Made by a program: the position numbers and the translations under genes. A model generated the notes under the pieces. It did not search any database and was not told the origin of the DNA. It saw only the letters and a program-made list of their open reading frames with translations. DNA of 64,000 nt, taken from positions 1 to 64,000 of the forward strand of contig JBCCQQ010000014.1 of NCBI GenBank assembly GCA_039024555.1, written 5' to 3'. This DNA is from Cyanobacteria bacterium P01_D01_bin.156. Lineage in GTDB: Bacteria > Cyanobacteriota > Cyanobacteriia > Phormidesmidales > Phormidesmidaceae. Below are positions 60,236 through 64,000 of the stretch, piece by piece. The first letter of the stretch is position 1, and each line of letters opens with the position of its first letter.

Positions 60236-60940
60236 CTATGCTGTCATATCAAACAACAGAATCTCAGCATCCTCTGTTTGTCCTGTAATATCCAGATTAG
60301 GCACCGCTGCAACAGCAACACCATCACCAGCAACGAGCTGATGCTGATCAATCTGAACGTTACCCCGTACTACCTGTATCCAGATAGCGCGACCATCCGG
60401 CACAGCATAGCTAAGCTCCTCATTGGCTGCGAGTCTTGCTGAGTACAGGTTTACATCTTGGTGGATCGTAATCGAACCATCACGACCATCCTGAGACCCC
60501 ACTAGACGCAACTTCCCCTGCTTTTCCTCAGGGCTAAAGTAAATTTGCTCATACCCAGGCTCAATACCCTGCTTTTCAGGCAGCACCCAAATTTGGAGAA
60601 AGTGGACTGGCTGATCTTTAGAGGCATTGTATTCACTGTGGCTAATGCCGGTCCCTGCGGACATGCGCTGTACATCACCTGGCTTAATGATGGAGCCATT
60701 ACCAATGCTATCTTTATGCTCTAAAGCGCCATCAATCACATAGGAGATAATCTCCATATCTCGATGGCTGTGGGTAGAAAACCCTTGACCTGGAGCAACC
60801 CTATCTTCATTAATCACCCGTAAATTTCCAAACCCCATGTAGCTTGGGTCGTAGTAATTACCAAAAGAGAAGGTGTGATGACTGTCGAGCCAACCAAAAT
60901 TGGCATGACCTCTTTCGGATGCGGAGCGAATGCTGATCAT
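60236..60940 (-). CDS. Pirin family protein (YhhW-like)
   Basis: HTFSF, LRVINED, HSHRDMEIISYV, HKDS, AGTGISHSE and FLQIW motifs. Confidence 0.95.
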   Translation of the reverse strand: MISIRSASERGHANFGWLDSHHTFSFGNYYDPSYMGFGNLRVINEDRVAPGQGFSTHSHRDMEIISYVIDGALEHKDSIGNGSIIKPGDVQRMSAGTGISHSEYNASKDQPVHFLQIWVLPEKQGIEPGYEQIYFSPEEKQGKLRLVGSQDGRDGSITIHQDVNLYSARLAANEELSYAVPDGRAIWIQVVRGNVQIDQHQLVAGDGVAVAAVPNLDITGQTEDAEILLFDMTA

Positions 60941-61025
60941 AATTTTGGCCTCCCGTAGGTTTACGAGTAAATTTCGGACTTGGCTCTATTATGGATTGCA
61001 TCTGAAAAATATACAATAATCAATT

Positions 61026-61046
61026 TAATAGACATAATGTCTATTA
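61026..61046. promoter_or_regulatory. Putative LysR-type regulator binding site
   Basis: Palindrome TAATAGACAT-A-ATGTCTATTA in the pirin/LysR divergent intergenic region. Confidence 0.55.
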
Positions 61047-61255
61047 TTAGAGGACAATAAAACAGTTAAACGTCGTTGCCGCACGATGTGGTCAGCCAAT
61101 TATTCTGCAGCCCCGATATTTCAAAGGTTGTGGCGTATGGCCTATTACAGGCAGCGTCGGTGCCCCAATGCCTACGGCTCAACCATATTTGTGGATTGAA
61201 GCATCCTTTTAGGTATCAACAGCGTCAATTATTGTGATTCATTCGCATTCAAAGC

Positions 61256-62206
61256 ATGGACAAGTTTGCTGCTATTCACGCTTTTGTAAGGGTGGTAGAG
61301 GCCAGAGGATTCGCAGCCGCTGCCAGGGAAATGGGTATGTCCCGTTCAGCCGTCAATAAGCTAGTCATTAGCCTCGAAAAGGATCTCGGGGTAAAACTTT
61401 TGCAGCGTAGCACCCGGAAGGTGACCCCAACGGCGACAGGCAGTGCTTTCTATGATCGGTGTTTGAGGATTGTGGCAGATCTAAAGGAAGCTGAACTCGC
61501 CGTTTCCCAAGCCCAGAGAGAACCGGTAGGCCCTCTACGCATTAATGCACCGATGACCTTTGGCACCATGCACCTAGGTCCAGCCTTGGCTGACTTTATG
61601 GTGCGATATCCAGGGGTGCAAATTCAGCTCACCCTAGACGATCGATTTATTGATCCCATCGCCGAGGGATTTGATCTGGTTTTACGCATTGCCCAACCCT
61701 CCACATTGCCTAACGTTGTGGTTCATGAGTTGGCCATGGTCCGCTGTTTGCTCTGTGCGTCTCCCACCTATTTATGGCATCGTGGCGTTCCACACTCAGT
61801 GCATGATTTAAAGGAACATAGTTGTTTAGCCTATGGAGAACTTGCCAATCATCATGAATGGACACTGACTAGCACTGAGAAAGAACAAAAGGTTTCTGTA
61901 GCGGGTGCCATGTGTTCTAACAACGGGGAAGTCTTACGAGATGCAGCCCTTGGCGGTTTAGGCATTGTGTTGTTGCCTGAATTTATTGTGAGAGAAAGTC
62001 TTAAAGAATGGCACCTGCAAGAAATTTTACTAGAGTCTCACCCACCCTCCTTATCCCTATGTATTATCTATCCCACAAATCGTCACTTATCCAATAAAGT
62101 ACAGTTGCTAACAACGTTCTTGCAACAGCGGTTTGACACGCTATTTGAAGCAGATAGCTACCCTTTGGGTAAACGCGCACAAACAAACTCTTCCATTTCT
62201 TCATAG
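61256..62206 (+). CDS. LysR family transcriptional regulator (CrgA/DmlR-like)
   Basis: FVRVVEARGFAAAAREMG..SAV..LEKDLGVKLLQRSTRKV HTH; EGFDLVLRI; divergent from pirin. Confidence 0.95.
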   Translation: MDKFAAIHAFVRVVEARGFAAAAREMGMSRSAVNKLVISLEKDLGVKLLQRSTRKVTPTATGSAFYDRCLRIVADLKEAELAVSQAQREPVGPLRINAPMTFGTMHLGPALADFMVRYPGVQIQLTLDDRFIDPIAEGFDLVLRIAQPSTLPNVVVHELAMVRCLLCASPTYLWHRGVPHSVHDLKEHSCLAYGELANHHEWTLTSTEKEQKVSVAGAMCSNNGEVLRDAALGGLGIVLLPEFIVRESLKEWHLQEILLESHPPSLSLCIIYPTNRHLSNKVQLLTTFLQQRFDTLFEADSYPLGKRAQTNSSISS

Positions 62207-62592
62207 AGAAACTGGAGCTTGAGTCCCGATACCGGATCAAAAGCTTGACCGCTGAGGTCCATGAGCTCCCCAACTCGATTAGCGATGAGTTCGCTAGAGC
62301 CACGCAGCGTGTCTGGGGCAATGCCACCACGACGTCCGGCTTCTAAAAAGGTAGCTTCCAAGTCTTCTCGTAAATAGGCTGGGTTAATGATGCCATTGGG
62401 AAAACTGACTGCCAAATAAGCCCTGCATTCTAGCTCCATACGATCCACACCGTTGCCCAGCATGATGGAGTAACCCTCATTATTGACAGTATCTGCCACC
62501 TCTGGAGTGTTCTCTATAGGAATAACCTGGGCGAACGCGGGGGCAGCAACGACAGCACAGACGCCGAGAATAGAAAACAAGAACGGTTTCAT
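62158..62592 (-). CDS. Secreted hypothetical protein
   Basis: Signal peptide MKPFLFSILGVCAVVAAPAFA; 3' end overlaps the LysR gene by 49 nt. Confidence 0.6.
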   Translation of the reverse strand: MKPFLFSILGVCAVVAAPAFAQVIPIENTPEVADTVNNEGYSIMLGNGVDRMELECRAYLAVSFPNGIINPAYLREDLEATFLEAGRRGGIAPDTLRGSSELIANRVGELMDLSGQAFDPVSGLKLQFLYEEMEEFVCARLPKG

Positions 62593-62845
62593 GGGAAACG
62601 AAGGTATATCTACTGAGATTGCAGTCTAACCCGATACTATATCTTTGGCGTTGCTGATCTCGGCATAATTTTAATTTTCACAGTCTGTATCTTAAACAGG
62701 CTTGCAGTTTCATCCGTTAAATCAGCAACGGTGATTTTGCAGCTCATTGCTATCGCCGAGATCAGCAACGTACTTATCCTTACACTCGGCTCACCATAGG
62801 TCCGGGTATCGTTCCCTAACGTGTTTTAACCAGCCCTTTTCATTC

Positions 62846-63574
62846 ATGCAATTTACGCCCCCTCAAAGTCCAGAAACACCGATTCATCCAATTTTTGATC
62901 GTCCCTGGTATCGTCGTTTTGAAGCCTGGCTAGGAAACTCTTCCCCCCTGGGGAATGCCCCTATTTTTCCAGCAGATACCTTCCCTTGGGCCAGCCAGCT
63001 TGAAAAAAACTGGACCGTGATTCGCCAAGAACTGGACCAGGTGCTAGCTGATGTCAATGGTCTGCCCAGCTTTCAGGACATTATGCCCCGGCAAAATCGC
63101 ATTAGCCCGGACAATAAGTGGAAAACCTATTACTTTTGCGCCTTCGGATTTGTTGCTACTAAAAATTGTGAGCAATGTCCCGGAACATGGGCACTCCTCA
63201 AGGATATTCCCGGCTTAAAGGTGGCGTTTTTCTCAATTCTGGCACCGGGGAAACATATTCCAGAACATCGGGGTAAGCACAAGGGGCTGGTGCGCTACCA
63301 TCTGGGGCTACGGGTGCCCGAGCCCAAGGAAAAATGCCGGATTCGTGTAGATGACACGATTACCTATTGGGAAGAGGGTAAAAGCTTGATTTTTGACGAT
63401 ACCTATTACCACGAAGTCTGGAATGACACCGACGGCTATCGGGTAGTGCTGTTTCTAGATATCGAGCGTCCCTTTGATTTTCCTCTCTCGTGGGTAAATG
63501 GGGCTATTTCAAAACTTTTGGCGCTATCTCCCCAGGTAAAACAAGCTAAGGAAAACTACGAGAAATTTAGCTAA
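62846..63574 (+). CDS. Aspartyl/asparaginyl beta-hydroxylase domain protein (Fe(II)/2OG dioxygenase, LpxO-like)
   Basis: FFSILAPGKHIPEHRG, RYHLGL, FDDTYYHEVWN and RVVLFLD motifs. Start placed at ATG 62846. Confidence 0.9.
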   Translation: MQFTPPQSPETPIHPIFDRPWYRRFEAWLGNSSPLGNAPIFPADTFPWASQLEKNWTVIRQELDQVLADVNGLPSFQDIMPRQNRISPDNKWKTYYFCAFGFVATKNCEQCPGTWALLKDIPGLKVAFFSILAPGKHIPEHRGKHKGLVRYHLGLRVPEPKEKCRIRVDDTITYWEEGKSLIFDDTYYHEVWNDTDGYRVVLFLDIERPFDFPLSWVNGAISKLLALSPQVKQAKENYEKFS

Positions 63575-63596
63575 AGGGTGCTATCTTGCAAGCTGC

Positions 63597-64000
63597 CTAC
63601 CACCAGCGAACAGCGAGCATGGATGCCTCAGGAATGTCATCTTCCGCAGGCCATTCCATGGGCTTGTAGGTACCGAAAATATGGTCCCACCAGTCCACGC
63701 CCAGGCCAAAATTATGGTTCCACATGCCGTACTTATGGTGCACATAGTGGACTGGCATTTTCATCCAGAAGCATTTACGGGGGTTCTCATGCTGAAGCTG
63801 GTGGGCATAGGCAGAAAATGCGGCATAAACAAATGCGCCACTGGCCCAGCCCAATCCCACTACCAGGGAAAAGATAAAGGGAACAGCCATTGCGATCGCA
63901 CTGCCTAACACATAATCACGAAACTCCCACAGCACGCCTTGACCTTCGTTGCGGCGATGGTGGTCGCGGTGACGCTTACCAACTTTGGGAGACACATGCA
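63597..64000 (-). CDS. Sterol desaturase/fatty acid hydroxylase family protein (5' end outside window)
   Basis: His boxes HRDHH, HQLQH and HYVHH, plus NFGLGVDWWDHIFGT. Confidence 0.85.
   Translation of the reverse strand, partial: HVSPKVGKRHRDHHRRNEGQGVLWEFRDYVLGSAIAMAVPFIFSLVVGLGWASGAFVYAAFSAYAHQLQHENPRKCFWMKMPVHYVHHKYGMWNHNFGLGVDWWDHIFGTYKPMEWPAEDDIPEASMLAVRWW

Overview
Chromosomal window from a cyanobacterium, probably a filamentous Leptolyngbya/Nodosilineales-like strain. The evidence is about 30 HIP1 GCGATCGC sites counted by eye, plus PedR, Ycf36/CGLD27, Uma2, an ARTO oxidase and IrpAB-like genes. The left part (about 2.8-23 kb) is mostly core genes: cyclophilin, rsfS, ycf36, asparaginase II, initiator tRNA-Met, prxQ, sdhB, arsM, hisS, pedR, cdaA, lysA, rimI and clpC. 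The rest is more accessory: MscS, tandem fasciclin genes sharing an ECF-type promoter, a DUF2231x2-ctaCDE (CuA-less ARTO)-GMC operon, a cNMP-binding histidine kinase, an AT-rich NACHT NTPase convergent with a TIR-TM-Cache-like-TM receptor, a PadR-linked RND pump followed by a secreted Glu-rich repeat peptide, an imelysin/di-heme pair and pirin/LysR. The best candidates for undescribed biology are the membrane TIR receptor next to the NACHT gene, the 78-aa secreted (EEE-hydrophobic)n peptide, and three proteins with substituted catalytic motifs (GMC, Ser/Thr kinase, imelysin). Also present are the probable end of an ISAzo13-like element, two copies of a MITE-like repeat and a perfect 44-bp palindrome. 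No CRISPR array or rRNA was seen. All family assignments come from motif recognition, not database searches.
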